From the IMG/VR virus record IMGVR_UViG_3300044673_000278, positions 1-64,000 of that record: 64,000 nucleotides of DNA; one strand, written 5' to 3'. Both the position numbers and the translations under genes were made by a program. The stretch is from a virus (Duplodnaviria; Heunggongvirae; Uroviricota; Caudoviricetes). Position 1 is the stretch's first letter. The number at the start of each line of letters is the position of its first letter. The notes beneath the pieces were generated by a model. The model had not been told where the DNA came from, did not search any database, and saw nothing but the letters and a program-made list of their open reading frames with translations. Positions 16,797 through 26,979 of this stretch are shown here, one piece after another.

Positions 16797-16906
16797 AGTG
16801 CCATGATCCTTGCCAACACTTCACGGGCTTGAGTGAGATCCACAATCTCGGGTTCGGGCCAACCCTGATAGGGCTGGCTCCAGGATATAGTATACAGCAT
16901 CATTGG

Positions 16907-17133
16907 TTATCCTCTAACGTACTTACGACCCAGTGGGACGTTGACTACATCATCCCAGAATTCATCCCAGTAGGTTTTGCTAACATTTTGAAAACGTTGG
17001 TACATTGTACCTTTTGCTTGTTTCAATGTTGCACCTTTGAGCAATTCTCTCAGCAGTTGCTCTCGACATTCGCTGACTGTTGGATGCCAGTTATCACGTT
17101 CAGGCCTCACATAAAAATATTCTGTCATCTCAT
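16907..17133 (-). CDS. hypothetical protein
   Basis: ATGA overlap, start MTEYFY. Confidence 0.5.
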
Positions 17134-17510
17134 TTCTCCAGAGCGTAGGGTTGGTCCCAACGACCGATGTTGACATCAATGTAGTGACTGCAATGGAAGT
17201 AATCAGTTTGAGCGTCCGACTCGTCAAAGTAGTCCGGACCGTACATGGCCGGAATCACTTCGCTCAGAAAGTCTCGGGCACGGCCAGTGAAATGGCTTTG
17301 GTAGTGATAGGGGTTGACTTGGATGTGAAACTTGCGGTTAGCACCTTCAAGGTTCATGTCTGAGTAGAAGTCAATGTTGCCTTGCTTGACTGTGAGCACC
17401 AGACTCATATGATTGCGAACACTGAGCGTGGCCTTGACGCCATACTTTTTGCAAATAGCCTTGATGGCGGGGGCCAACTTTGCCTTGTGCTCTTGACTCA
17501 TGTATGCCAT
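17130..17510 (-). CDS. conserved phage hypothetical protein
   Basis: MAYMSQE...SDAQTDYF...IGRWDQPY; SD CAGGAG. Confidence 0.75.
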   Translation of the reverse strand: MAYMSQEHKAKLAPAIKAICKKYGVKATLSVRNHMSLVLTVKQGNIDFYSDMNLEGANRKFHIQVNPYHYQSHFTGRARDFLSEVIPAMYGPDYFDESDAQTDYFHCSHYIDVNIGRWDQPYALEK

Positions 17511-17540
17511 GTTGGGCTCCTGTTTGTTTACTATGTCTAT

Positions 17541-17569
17541 ATTATAGCAAAAGACGAATTTCGGGTCAA
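17541..17569 (-). promoter_or_regulatory. sigma70-type early promoter
   Basis: TTGACC-17-TATAAT. Confidence 0.85.
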
Positions 17570-17594
17570 CCAAAAATGCCTGTAGCAAAAAGTA

Positions 17595-17909
17595 CTACTT
17601 TTTCTTTAAGCCTAGTAGTACTTTTTCTTCGTCGCTTAGTTTGGCAAGAGCGCGAGCCTTGGCTTCGGCTTTGGCACGTTTGGCTTCTTCGGCAGCACGA
17701 GCTTTACGGTCAGCTTCTTGATGAGCTTGCCACCACTCGCGAACTTCGTCATCCTTGAGCAGTAAGAAATCTTCTTTACCCATGTCCTCAAGAGCTTGCA
17801 GTGCTTTACAGGCAATGCGGGCCAGTTTGTCGGCTTCTTTTTTCAGCACCCGAATATCTCGGTCGCTACTGCGATTTGCCCACTCGGTATCATAACTCAT
17901 GCATGGCAT
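17595..17909 (-). CDS. hypothetical protein
   Basis: Start MPCMSY after AGGAGG; WW..H...D motif. Confidence 0.65.
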   Translation of the reverse strand: MPCMSYDTEWANRSSDRDIRVLKKEADKLARIACKALQALEDMGKEDFLLLKDDEVREWWQAHQEADRKARAAEEAKRAKAEAKARALAKLSDEEKVLLGLKKK

Positions 17910-17910
17910 T

Positions 17911-18330
17911 TTAAGCCTCCTGTTCTTCGTCCTCTTCGTCCCAGTCGTAGTCGCCAGCAGTTTCGATCTCGACATGGCCAAAAATCAACAGTCCTTGATC
18001 TTTGCTGACTTCAAAGGGCCGGTCAAACTCCACAATGGCACCCAGCTCTTCAATATTGTCATACTGGTCATCACGGATGTCTTCTACACGAATACAACCG
18101 ATAGAGCCCGAATCCACAGCATGATCAGTGCCGATATTGCTACGGTAGGTGCCGTCGCCGTAAGCGGTGCCAAAACTGGCAAAGCGCCGACCATCTCGGA
18201 GTGCGAATTCTCCCTCCGTTTGCCCCGGGTAACTAGAGGCAGGGAAGAACAAGTCACAGACTTCGTCCCATTCGTCGTGCATGACATAACACAGGTCACC
18301 AATGTAGTAACGGCCAGCGGGCATGGTCAT
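17911..18330 (-). CDS. conserved phage protein (GDLCY / YGDG / VDSG motifs)
   Basis: YIGDLCYV, TAYGDGTY, VDSGSIG. Confidence 0.75.
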   Translation of the reverse strand: MTMPAGRYYIGDLCYVMHDEWDEVCDLFFPASSYPGQTEGEFALRDGRRFASFGTAYGDGTYRSNIGTDHAVDSGSIGCIRVEDIRDDQYDNIEELGAIVEFDRPFEVSKDQGLLIFGHVEIETAGDYDWDEEDEEQEA

Positions 18331-18341
18331 GACGTTTCTCC

Positions 18342-18578
18342 TTAGGCGATATTGAGTTGAACTTGCAGACCTTCCCAGGTTCCGGCTAGACCTGTGGAGC
18401 AGGCCTCTACACCAGAGCCGCTACGGTATGCTTCAAATGCATCCAAGGCCTTTTGGGTAGCGGCATTGCAGGTAGCAAAGTCGCCTACACCCCAGCGGAT
18501 TTGTTTTGCAGTGGCATAGAAGCTCACTGCACCAATGCAGATACGAAACCGTTGGGATTGTTTAAAACGCTTGATCAT
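18342..18578 (-). CDS. hypothetical protein
   Basis: SD AAGGAG, directly after promoter. Confidence 0.65.
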   Translation of the reverse strand: MIKRFKQSQRFRICIGAVSFYATAKQIRWGVGDFATCNAATQKALDAFEAYRSGSGVEACSTGLAGTWEGLQVQLNIA

Positions 18579-18609
18579 TGCAGGCTCCTTTGTTGCTGTC
18601 TATGTGTGT

Positions 18610-18638
18610 ATTATAGCAGTTCGGGAATTTCGGCACAA
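18610..18638 (-). promoter_or_regulatory. sigma70-type early promoter
   Basis: TTGTGC-17-TATAAT; spacer identical to the 1049 promoter. Confidence 0.75.
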
Positions 18639-18647
18639 CCGAAATTT

Positions 18648-18665
18648 GTAATACTTGGGTATTAC
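18648..18665. promoter_or_regulatory. palindromic operator-like element
   Basis: GTAATACT-TG-GGTATTAC. Confidence 0.55.
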
Positions 18666-18925
18666 ATCGACCAGAACGATTCTGAAGCAGGGTTGCAACA
18701 CCACGGGGTGTCTTCGGCAATCACAACGTCTTGGCCAGTCATCAAGCTCTTGACAACCCGGGTGCCCACTGGAAACTTCAGGGCAAACAGGGTAGACTCC
18801 ATGAAGTCGTACACGGCACGACCTGCGTTACGATTGCCACAGGTTGCGCTACGTTTGGCGCCGGCAGCGCTCTTGAAGTAACGCTTGTCGGCATGCGGAT
18901 CTGCGGTGTGAAAAACTACGTACAT
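18662..18925 (-). CDS. conserved phage hypothetical protein
   Basis: C-terminal DTPWCCNPASESFWSM. Confidence 0.7.
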   Translation of the reverse strand: MYVVFHTADPHADKRYFKSAAGAKRSATCGNRNAGRAVYDFMESTLFALKFPVGTRVVKSLMTGQDVVIAEDTPWCCNPASESFWSM

Positions 18926-18955
18926 CGTGGCTCCTTTTTTGCTGTCTATGTGTGT

Positions 18956-18984
18956 ATTATAGCAGCCTGCCCTTTTTTGGTCAA
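18956..18984 (-). promoter_or_regulatory. sigma70-type early promoter
   Basis: TTGACC-17-TATAAT. Confidence 0.85.
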
Positions 18985-19049
18985 ATCGGCAAAAGTAATA
19001 CTTTCTCAGTAGAAACCACTAGTGGTAAATACTGAGAAAGGAACATATC

Positions 19050-19205
19050 ATGCAATTATTAAAATGGATCAAAAGTCTATTTTCTGCACCTGTTTATCGC
19101 GACAGTTTGGAACATTATGTTGCCAGCAAATATCCAAAAAACAGTGCCGATGTAGAATACTGGATCACAGTATACAATCAGGAGAAAAAGCAATGGATTT
19201 TCTAA
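19050..19205 (+). CDS. small hypothetical protein (51 aa)
   Basis: Manual translation MQLLKWIKSLF...LEHYVASKYPKNSADVEYW; GTAAATA and AAGGA upstream. Confidence 0.55.
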   Translation: MQLLKWIKSLFSAPVYRDSLEHYVASKYPKNSADVEYWITVYNQEKKQWIF

Positions 19206-19294
19206 AAAAGATTTATCGCGCTGCCTGGAACTTTTTTATTGAGTGGGGTAAGCATAAAGCCAAACTGGCTATGCGTCACCAATATTTTTATTAA
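19193..19294 (+). CDS. small hypothetical protein (33 aa)
   Basis: ATG after CAGGAG; MDFLKKIYRAAW. Confidence 0.45.
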   Translation: MDFLKKIYRAAWNFFIEWGKHKAKLAMRHQYFY

Positions 19295-20439
19295 AATATT
19301 CTAACCAAATTGGATAGCATATTTTTAGTATTTTTGCTATCGCTTATTGCCGCACTTAACCCGGGACAATTTTGTTCAATTAACTGAATCGAAAACTCAC
19401 TGTTCATGATCTGAGCCATTAGATAATCTGTTGGTAATCTAAGCATGATTTTGAAAATCTCAAGATCTCGCAGTGGGGTCCAGGTTATAGTATTACCCAG
19501 GTGCCAATGCTGCCAATCATTGACAACAATATTGCACAAACTATGCTGCATCTGCTCAAGTGATTGAGCTGGAGCCTGTTGATTATCGAATATCTCAATA
19601 TGCTTGGATTTGGAAAAATAGTCATAATGAAGACAATTTTTCCATTTTTCTTCTTGCAGCATTTGAGAAATTTTGATACCGTGGTGCTTTAAAAACAAAT
19701 CGGCTGTGACAGGGCTTCGTAACATAAATTCATCACCGGGTGTGCCCGAAGTTAGCACACACGGATCATTCCAATGATGAATTTGTTTGTAGCCCCAATG
19801 CTGTGTAATATCTCCAGAATTTTTAAGCCAAAAGTAGTCATAGTCTACATGAGAGCACTTGATCATTTCAAAACGGTCAGTGTGCTTCTTTAACAAGCTA
19901 TAAACCAACATAGAATCAACTCCGCCGCTTAGAAAAACTCGAACAGGAAGTTGATTATGTTTTACAAAAGAAATTGTTTTTTGATCAAGTATGCTTGATA
20001 TTTTTTCCAGTGCTTGGTCAGGGCTCAGCGGACTAGAATCAATTTGACCTATTGCATCAAATTTGTTTTCAGTCACTGTCAGATCAGCATGCACTGAAAT
20101 CAAGCTATCTGCCCAGGCGGTGTGTGCTGTGGGCACTAGATTGTTGACACCGGTACCGACGTAAATGGGAAAACTTCTGTATCGATCTGTTTGTATCACA
20201 ATGGTGTCATTGACCAATACCATCGCACAAAAATTGCCAGTTAGCCTTGGCTCAGTTTGAAACATTATCTGTTCCATCAACTGGTCCAGTGGTGCTGAAT
20301 CAGCATACCCTTTGTAAAGAATTTGCTTTGAATTCTGGGTGGTCAATTTCCAACCCTGGTCAGTACTGACACAAAAACTACCCAGCTGCCAATGGCAGGG
20401 GTAGTTTTCCAAGGGTGTATGACCAATATTAAAAAACAT
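19291..20439 (-). CDS. asparagine synthetase-like PP-loop ATPase
   Basis: FLSGGVDS PP-loop, PGDEF, degenerate Ntn domain lacking N-terminal Cys. Confidence 0.7.
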   Translation of the reverse strand: MFFNIGHTPLENYPCHWQLGSFCVSTDQGWKLTTQNSKQILYKGYADSAPLDQLMEQIMFQTEPRLTGNFCAMVLVNDTIVIQTDRYRSFPIYVGTGVNNLVPTAHTAWADSLISVHADLTVTENKFDAIGQIDSSPLSPDQALEKISSILDQKTISFVKHNQLPVRVFLSGGVDSMLVYSLLKKHTDRFEMIKCSHVDYDYFWLKNSGDITQHWGYKQIHHWNDPCVLTSGTPGDEFMLRSPVTADLFLKHHGIKISQMLQEEKWKNCLHYDYFSKSKHIEIFDNQQAPAQSLEQMQHSLCNIVVNDWQHWHLGNTITWTPLRDLEIFKIMLRLPTDYLMAQIMNSEFSIQLIEQNCPGLSAAISDSKNTKNMLSNLVRIF

Positions 20440-21062
20440 TAAACTCGTTTCTCTACGATCTTGTCGGCTAGACCCATATTTACTGCGTCTTGTGCGGACA
20501 GGAAAGTATCAAACTTCATGAGTTCATAGAATTCGTCGTAGGTTTTGCCTGCGGTGTTGTGTTTGACATACAGCTCAGTGAGGCGCTGATTGACACGTTT
20601 GCTTTCTTCAAATGCGCGGCGAGCGTCTTCAAACTCCAGTTCTTGCACATGCACAGAACCCGATGTACCTGGAGTACCAGAACTCACACGATGAATCATG
20701 GTGCGGCTTTCGGGCAGCACAAAACGCTTGCCAGGCGCACCTGCTTGAGCCAAGAAACTGCCCATGCTGGCTGCTTGGCCAATCACAATGGTCTGCACAT
20801 CACACTTGATAAACTGCATGGTATCGTAGATTGCAAGGCCTGCTGTCACAGAACCGCCGGGGCTGTTGATATAAAGGCTGATGTCCTTGTCGGGATTCTC
20901 ACTTTCCAAGAACAGCATCTGTGCCACAATTAGACTGGCCACGTGCTGGTTTACGTCGGTGTCCAACATGACCACACGATCTTTGAGCAATCGGCTGTAG
21001 ATATCATAGCTACGCTCACCTTTTGCGGTCTGTTCAACAACCATTGGAATCAAACTGGGCAT
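20439..21062 (-). CDS. clpP: ATP-dependent Clp protease proteolytic subunit
   Basis: [29 protein letters not shown] triad. Confidence 0.95.
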   Translation of the reverse strand: MPSLIPMVVEQTAKGERSYDIYSRLLKDRVVMLDTDVNQHVASLIVAQMLFLESENPDKDISLYINSPGGSVTAGLAIYDTMQFIKCDVQTIVIGQAASMGSFLAQAGAPGKRFVLPESRTMIHRVSSGTPGTSGSVHVQELEFEDARRAFEESKRVNQRLTELYVKHNTAGKTYDEFYELMKFDTFLSAQDAVNMGLADKIVEKRV

Positions 21063-21123
21063 ATAATCTCCTGTGTTAAGTAATGCTCTAGCATAAGTAT
21101 AACATAACTCTTGGAAAAAACCA

Positions 21124-22716
21124 ATGCGCGATCTACTCAATCTACTCGATAATGTCCTTGTTGAAGGCGTGGGACTGTCAAATCGAAAACCCGGAGAAAA
21201 GTTCAAAAACTCTGTGGACGATGTGATTACATTTCAGGGACTGGAATTTTTCCCTAAATCTGGTTCATACCCTGCTGATCAGCTGGAACAGGCCATTGCC
21301 GATGCTGCTGCACAGTTAGGCACAACACCGGATCGCATACACTGGACCAACTCATTCACAGGTGCTGGTGCTGGTTTTGGTATTGCCACTTTCAACAGCG
21401 AAACCGGTGACCCGTACTATCTGGGCAGATATTTCAAAACGGTCAGCCCAAACCGTGTGCAAAACAATTTCCCGCACGATGCAATTCCGGGCGGATTCAA
21501 GTTTCAGAGCCGTGTGGGGCAAAAAGAAGCCAGCCCTCTCAAGCCATCAGCAGTGCTGACTCAGTTCCAAAACAACACCCCTGAAACAATTTATCAACAG
21601 GTAGTAACCAAATTTGGTGCAGATTCAGACGAAGCACGTGCCATGAAGATTTTCATGGAGTCGGACATTCCTTGCAAAATTCCCAAGGGCAACATGAACC
21701 CCGATGCATTCCGCGATTACTTTGCTGAAATGCTGCAACCCATGGCTCTGGTCATGGGCAAAAATGTAGCCGGCAATGCTGCCGAAGCTGCAAAAATATT
21801 CTTTGGCGACAGTGGTTACGAAGATTGCACAATCAGTTTCAACAACAATACCATTGGTGGACTGTACGACAGTCTGTTGGTCAACCCCGACGGTCGTCAG
21901 ATCAAACTGAGTAGCAAAGGCAAAGACGGAGCTTCTGCATCTGTGGTCAACTTGTTAAAGAGTGTAAAGGAACTTGAAAGCACACCCAACGGTCAGAAGT
22001 TGTTGAAGAAACATGCTGAAGTAATTGAAATCCTCAACATAATCAACAAGGATGGACACTTCGGAGCTCCGCTGAAACTGGCAGTGAAGTATGATATGAT
22101 CACTCCCGAAGAAGCCACACAAGTATTGAAACTCAAGGACAAAGGTCCCGGCGATGAAATCGTTGGCACAGGACAACTCAGCAAACGCCTAGAGAAAATG
22201 TATCAAGGTCGCAAGGCCAAGGATCCTTCAAGAATCATTCCCATTGAGCACATGATCTCGGCCATTGCTTATCCTGTGGCCGATCACATCAACAAGACCA
22301 CTAACTTTGGTGAAGCTGCTGCTGAAATTCTCAACAATGCTGCGTTGGTACAGATGTACACAGATACCTCAGTCAGCGGAGATACCATTACAATCACACG
22401 TTTGACTGCGGTGTACCCATCTAAAACAGTTACTGGTGTGCTGTTGGATGCTTCAAAAGTGTACTTCTCTACTGGCGGCAAAGGCAACTACACATTCACA
22501 ATCTTGAAGAATGGTGCCAAGCCCGAAGATGTAGCAGATGCAGACGGTGTGGAAGTAGACACCACTCCTGGTCCCGAAAACGATCAAGAACTCACTGACA
22601 AATTAGATGCTGTGAGCCAGGGCCGACTCAAAGGTCCCGGTGTACGAGCAGCACGTGATACTTCGGAACCCAAGTTGGATGCAGGTACCTTGGGCAGAGA
22701 ACGTCGTCGACGTTAA
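21124..22716 (+). CDS. large late protein, possible PD-(D/E)XK-fold virion protein
   Basis: CATAAGTA upstream; [15 protein letters not shown]-terminus; LYDS...IKLSSKG. Confidence 0.55.
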   Translation: MRDLLNLLDNVLVEGVGLSNRKPGEKFKNSVDDVITFQGLEFFPKSGSYPADQLEQAIADAAAQLGTTPDRIHWTNSFTGAGAGFGIATFNSETGDPYYLGRYFKTVSPNRVQNNFPHDAIPGGFKFQSRVGQKEASPLKPSAVLTQFQNNTPETIYQQVVTKFGADSDEARAMKIFMESDIPCKIPKGNMNPDAFRDYFAEMLQPMALVMGKNVAGNAAEAAKIFFGDSGYEDCTISFNNNTIGGLYDSLLVNPDGRQIKLSSKGKDGASASVVNLLKSVKELESTPNGQKLLKKHAEVIEILNIINKDGHFGAPLKLAVKYDMITPEEATQVLKLKDKGPGDEIVGTGQLSKRLEKMYQGRKAKDPSRIIPIEHMISAIAYPVADHINKTTNFGEAAAEILNNAALVQMYTDTSVSGDTITITRLTAVYPSKTVTGVLLDASKVYFSTGGKGNYTFTILKNGAKPEDVADADGVEVDTTPGPENDQELTDKLDAVSQGRLKGPGVRAARDTSEPKLDAGTLGRERRRR

Positions 22717-23297
22717 CGTTGTACCTGGCTGATAACGTCACACACGTTTAGGGCCAGGGCCTCTTCGGCTGTGAGATATACGTCATGGGGCGGCAGCAGG
22801 GCAGTTTTGATTTGTTCTTCGGTGAGCCCTGTACACTTTTTGTAGTGCTCAACCATGCGCTTGTGTGTAAGCTCAAACTCTTTCATTGTGGCAAACAGTT
22901 CATGTGCCTTGCCATCAGATCCCCAGCTGAATTGATGACTGAGTATACTTGTGTTGGGTGTGAGCACTCTGCGACCACGCTCGCCTGCCAAGAATATCAG
23001 CAGACCTGCACTTGCTATCTGTCCCAAGCCCACTGTTTTGATTGGTAGTCGGCTACTGCGCATGACATCAATCAAGGCAAAAGCAGCGGCGACATCGCCC
23101 CCTTCACTGCAAATCATCAACAAGAGCTCGGTACGCTTTTTCTTGCTGACATAATTTTCGTGAAGGATCCACTCGATCACGGGCTTGATTGAATCGGCTT
23201 CAATGTCCCCCATGAGTACCATCAAGCCTGCATCTGCAAGCTCTTGGCCATGTGATGTTGTAGATTCTACTGCTGATGTCATGTTGGGATCGGTCAT
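22713..23297 (-). CDS. clpP: second, divergent ClpP-family protease
   Basis: ICSEGG, IASAG, SHQ, HDVYLTAEEAL. Confidence 0.85.
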   Translation of the reverse strand: MTDPNMTSAVESTTSHGQELADAGLMVLMGDIEADSIKPVIEWILHENYVSKKKRTELLLMICSEGGDVAAAFALIDVMRSSRLPIKTVGLGQIASAGLLIFLAGERGRRVLTPNTSILSHQFSWGSDGKAHELFATMKEFELTHKRMVEHYKKCTGLTEEQIKTALLPPHDVYLTAEEALALNVCDVISQVQR

Positions 23298-23302
23298 AAT
23301 AT

Positions 23303-24355
23303 TTAGCTGCACCTAGTTTGACGCACAATGTCCACTGTGGCTTGTGTAATGTCCTGCACAGGCAGTTGAGTTAACGGCACAGTTAATACAATGCGTTCGC
23401 GGTTGAGCCCATTTACCCGAATCAAACCAGGACCAATGTTGGCAAAATATCTGGGCCTGTACTCAAATCCATCCACAAGTTCGGGCGCATTGTAGCAGTA
23501 AATCAGCTTTCTACCGCTGACTGTGTTCAATGTCATGCGGTACACAGGACGGTCTTCGGTCATGTGTTTCACGGAAATGTTCCATGCAAAGTCGTCATTG
23601 AACCAAGCACCCGGATCCCTGGCTATCATGTTTACAGCCAACTCAAAACGGCTACGAGCTCGAGTGCAATCTGCACCCATGCTGGTGCATTGCGGGTATT
23701 GATTGATGTTGCGTAGAGTTTCTTCCAACGCCTTGAGGTACGTCTTGCTCCAAGTCACTGAAAACGGCACTTGCAGTTGTCCTTGGCGCTGAGTGTCCAC
23801 AATCACTCTAGCAGGTTCCATGCCAACGTCAAACGCACGATGCGGAAAATCCTGCAACACTGTGCTGAGCACACGATCGCCGGACTGTTGCTGTTGTTGA
23901 AAAGACTGTATCTGTGCGGCAATAGTGCTGCCGCTGATTTCACGCGGTTGGGCTTGCTGGTGTAGCAGACGTCCAGCAATGGCACTGTGGGCCACCCATA
24001 CTTGCATACGCAGTCGAGTTTCACCAGCAAATTGACGGCGATCTGTGATCTCAAAACGATCTACGTAACCCGAAGCATAGGTCACAATGTCATTTCGCCT
24101 CAGGCGATAGTTTTGAGATTCGGTTTCGCTGAGAATCAGTGTTCCCACTGCTTGCTCAATGGCCAGCTTGAATGCTTCGTTTTTTGCATCTTCAAACGTG
24201 TCGCCGCGGCTTTCTACTTCAATATAGTAAACACGTTTGGTGTTTAGCACAACCCATTGGCCCACTGTGATCACAGTGCCAATGGCGCTGAGTGTTTGAG
24301 CCTGGGCCAGCGCGGAGGCCAGCACCAAGGCAAGAGCAGCAATGGTGCGGCGCAT
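23303..24355 (-). CDS. exported protein with LPP20-like domain
   Basis: Signal peptide ALAQA; G.TFEDAK..A...AIEQAVG. Confidence 0.6.
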   Translation of the reverse strand: MRRTIAALALVLASALAQAQTLSAIGTVITVGQWVVLNTKRVYYIEVESRGDTFEDAKNEAFKLAIEQAVGTLILSETESQNYRLRRNDIVTYASGYVDRFEITDRRQFAGETRLRMQVWVAHSAIAGRLLHQQAQPREISGSTIAAQIQSFQQQQQSGDRVLSTVLQDFPHRAFDVGMEPARVIVDTQRQGQLQVPFSVTWSKTYLKALEETLRNINQYPQCTSMGADCTRARSRFELAVNMIARDPGAWFNDDFAWNISVKHMTEDRPVYRMTLNTVSGRKLIYCYNAPELVDGFEYRPRYFANIGPGLIRVNGLNRERIVLTVPLTQLPVQDITQATVDIVRQTRCS

Positions 24356-24356
24356 G

Positions 24357-25025
24357 TTACTGCATCATTTGTTGACGGATGTTGGTGCGCAGTGCGTTGT
24401 TCTTTTGATCCCAACGATACACCACACGCACAGTTCGACCGCCGTCTACAACATCACCTTCCACAAGGTACAGTCCGCCTAGGATACCTTGATTGCGAGT
24501 TTTGATTGAGTTGTTGACCACAGTGGCAATGCTCAGTGCGTCATTGCGAGTAGCAGTGTTGGTTTCACGATTGAAGTTGTTGGCATCCTGCGGTTGTTCG
24601 TCGGATTCTACAGATGCCACAATGTCACGACTGCGGTTGGTAGCAAAGTCGTTGACCTTGTTGTCACGAGCACGTTCCAGATTGCGGCTGACCATTCGTA
24701 CCGAAGTCTCAGAGCTGATGACTTCTTGGTTGATAAAGTCGTTGAGGCTTTTCTTGGCTTCCAGTTCGGCCACACGGTATGCTTCGCGCACAGAGTTTTG
24801 ACTGCGACCCCAGATAGGAGCATAGCCCACAGTTTCAATGGCTTCCAGTTTACCAGTTAGGCTGTAAACAACCCGGATCCCACGGCGCTTGAAGTCGCTC
24901 ACAGCCAGTTGCTCGCTGATTGCAGTTTGCGGTCCGGGATTGACGCCGGCAGCTGGCGGTGCATTTTTGGTTGAACCACAGGCAGTCAGTGCCAGCACAG
25001 CAGCCACAACAAGAACTCGTTTCAT
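24357..25025 (-). CDS. lipoprotein (LPP20-like)
   Basis: Lipobox LTAC; AELEAKKSL..FI. Confidence 0.7.
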   Translation of the reverse strand: MKRVLVVAAVLALTACGSTKNAPPAAGVNPGPQTAISEQLAVSDFKRRGIRVVYSLTGKLEAIETVGYAPIWGRSQNSVREAYRVAELEAKKSLNDFINQEVISSETSVRMVSRNLERARDNKVNDFATNRSRDIVASVESDEQPQDANNFNRETNTATRNDALSIATVVNNSIKTRNQGILGGLYLVEGDVVDGGRTVRVVYRWDQKNNALRTNIRQQMMQ

Positions 25026-25061
25026 CGTTAGATCCTTTCTAGATCAGGTTAAAGATACGTT

Positions 25062-25090
25062 ATTGTACACAAAAAATCATTTCTGGTCAA
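25062..25090 (-). promoter_or_regulatory. sigma70-type promoter
   Basis: TTGACC-17-TACAAT. Confidence 0.7.
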
Positions 25091-25289
25091 ATGCCAGCGA
25101 AAACCACACAGCATCTTCCTTGCGTTCAAACCACACTGTGTTGGAACCATAATACAAGTAGAACCGACCTGGACTATCCATGAGTTGGAGTTGGCGTTTG
25201 ACCGCAGAGTACGGCTGGGTGCCAGGTACTCGTTGGACTTTGAACCAATGTTCCTGACGAATCCGTTTGTCTTTGTTCCAATACTTCAT
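25077..25289 (-). CDS. FxL(K/R)W-tail family protein (variant tail)
   Basis: VWFERKEDAVWFSLAF. Confidence 0.7.
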   Translation of the reverse strand: MKYWNKDKRIRQEHWFKVQRVPGTQPYSAVKRQLQLMDSPGRFYLYYGSNTVWFERKEDAVWFSLAFDQK

Positions 25290-25516
25290 GACCATTTCAA
25301 CTTAAACAAGGTTACAGCCGCGTCTGAATTCAACTTCCACATGTCGTAACTGGTGCGCAGTCCCAATTGGTTTGCTTGCACAAACTGATCGATTTCAGCG
25401 GCTTCGTGCTCATCAATTGCATAGCCCATGGGCGCTCCTGCACTACTGGCCGGACGCACACGCACCTTGCGCCGCAGCCAACTGAAGTGAAACCGCTGGC
25501 GTGGTGGCAATGTCAT
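25286..25516 (-). CDS. FxL(K/R)W-tail family protein
   Basis: DAAVTLFKLKWS; ATGA overlaps. Confidence 0.7.
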   Translation of the reverse strand: MTLPPRQRFHFSWLRRKVRVRPASSAGAPMGYAIDEHEAAEIDQFVQANQLGLRTSYDMWKLNSDAAVTLFKLKWS

Positions 25517-25755
25517 CCCCATCGCAGTTTGAATGCAGTGGCATCTGCACCCGATTCAAAAGCAAATTCACGACGTTGAAAACTGCTGACCCAATAGCTG
25601 CTCATTTGCTGTTCACACCAAATATTCAATCCCATCCAGGATGCCTTGGCTTCGTAACCATTTTGAGCCTGAACAACATGCCACCCGCGCTTTTGGGCAC
25701 CACGTACAGTGCGTGGGTTGGTGGGTCGATAGGGTTTGGAAAGACAGCGAGCCAT
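25513..25755 (-). CDS. FxL(K/R)W-tail family protein
   Basis: IWC...FAFESGADATAFKLRWG. Confidence 0.7.
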   Translation of the reverse strand: MARCLSKPYRPTNPRTVRGAQKRGWHVVQAQNGYEAKASWMGLNIWCEQQMSSYWVSSFQRREFAFESGADATAFKLRWG

Positions 25756-25997
25756 TACCGGTAACCTTTCTTCAACAGCCAAATAGTAACTTCGTGAGGA
25801 TCCAGTTTGCAAAGCTCTCCACTGTGTTTATTCACAGGGCGAGTGGTTTTGCTAGGATTGATCAGCATGATCTTGACATAGCCCTTGCCGCTAGCGGGAT
25901 GGGCTTTGCCTAGGCCGCGAACTTCGTAGATGTTGTTGTGAAACACCACAAAATCACCTATTGCAAGTTCCCGGTCAATCAAGTCAGTGGGCGTCAT
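25755..25997 (-). CDS. small SH3/KOW-like hypothetical protein
   Basis: DLIDRELAIGDFVVF. Confidence 0.6.
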   Translation of the reverse strand: MTPTDLIDRELAIGDFVVFHNNIYEVRGLGKAHPASGKGYVKIMLINPSKTTRPVNKHSGELCKLDPHEVTIWLLKKGYR

Positions 25998-26209
25998 AGC
26001 ATGTTCAGCTGGTTGTAACGATCCAACAGATCAGACTCGGCCTGGTTAACTTCGTCCAGGGCCTGTTGCAAAGTGCGACCAGTGGTACCTACGTACTGCA
26101 CACCATCGCGCCAATGAGCATACTTGTGGATGCCATCACGCAGGCCTTCGTAGTAAGCACGGCTCTGGGCCAGTTGCAGATACTGATCTTGTTCAGGACT
26201 GAAATTCAT
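25994..26209 (-). CDS. hypothetical protein
   Basis: YAHWRDGVQYVGTTG motif. Confidence 0.6.
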   Translation of the reverse strand: MNFSPEQDQYLQLAQSRAYYEGLRDGIHKYAHWRDGVQYVGTTGRTLQQALDEVNQAESDLLDRYNQLNML

Positions 26210-26751
26210 CACGATCTCGATGTTTGGGTTTACGACGATAGTCGGTTTTGGGACGTTCCACACGCGGGCGGAACGGCAGTTCTTCGTCAAACAATGCACG
26301 GTGTCGGCGTTGCTTCACCGGTGCCAGTTTGAATTGTATGGGTTTCACGATTCTACTCCAAGGTAGATCTGCTCGTAGAGTTCAAACAGATCCAGATCAG
26401 ACATTGATTCAACTTCATCCTCGGTAAGATGATATTGTTGTTCCAGTTCTTCGGGCGTGACTGCAAATAGCACACGCTCAGTCAGCAGTTGTCGCAGGTT
26501 CATTTTCTAACCTCACAGTAGGCTTTGTAGCCGTCTTTGAAAAAACCATTGTTGTAGCCTTCAGGGTGATCGGCGCAAGCAACTATGCCCATTCCAATAC
26601 CTGCCCAAAAAGCAAACAGCATCATGGCAATTAGACCTATGAAAAGAGCCATACCATGCCATGCTTTCATTTTAGAACCTATCCTTCAACAGAATTGCCA
26701 GGTCCATGACAATCACGGGCATCATAACGATAATCAAATTTACAATAGCAG

Positions 26752-26979
26752 TCATTCTTCAACTCCAAATTTTGCGTTTTCTTGACAGGCTTCAATGACA
26801 CCGGGTGTCAGACAGAGTTTGAGAATGTTACCCATCATTACTTGATTGTGTTGCATGGAAGAATCTAGTAACTTATGGTATTCTTCTTTAAACCAACTAA
26901 GTTGTTCGTTCTCGATTTCAAGTTGAGCGATTCGTTCTTGCATTTCAATAACTTGATATGCGAAATCTACAATATTCAT
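26752..26979 (-). CDS. coiled-coil hypothetical protein with FGVEE tail
   Basis: Unrelated body but ends AKFGVEE. Confidence 0.6.
   Translation of the reverse strand: MNIVDFAYQVIEMQERIAQLEIENEQLSWFKEEYHKLLDSSMQHNQVMMGNILKLCLTPGVIEACQENAKFGVEE

Noticed and set aside
1022-17588. Shared N-terminal peptide (L)VDPKF..CYNI in several track ORFs
   Set aside because: This is a translation of the repeated promoter GGTTGACC...TATAAT; the real starts lie downstream after the SD
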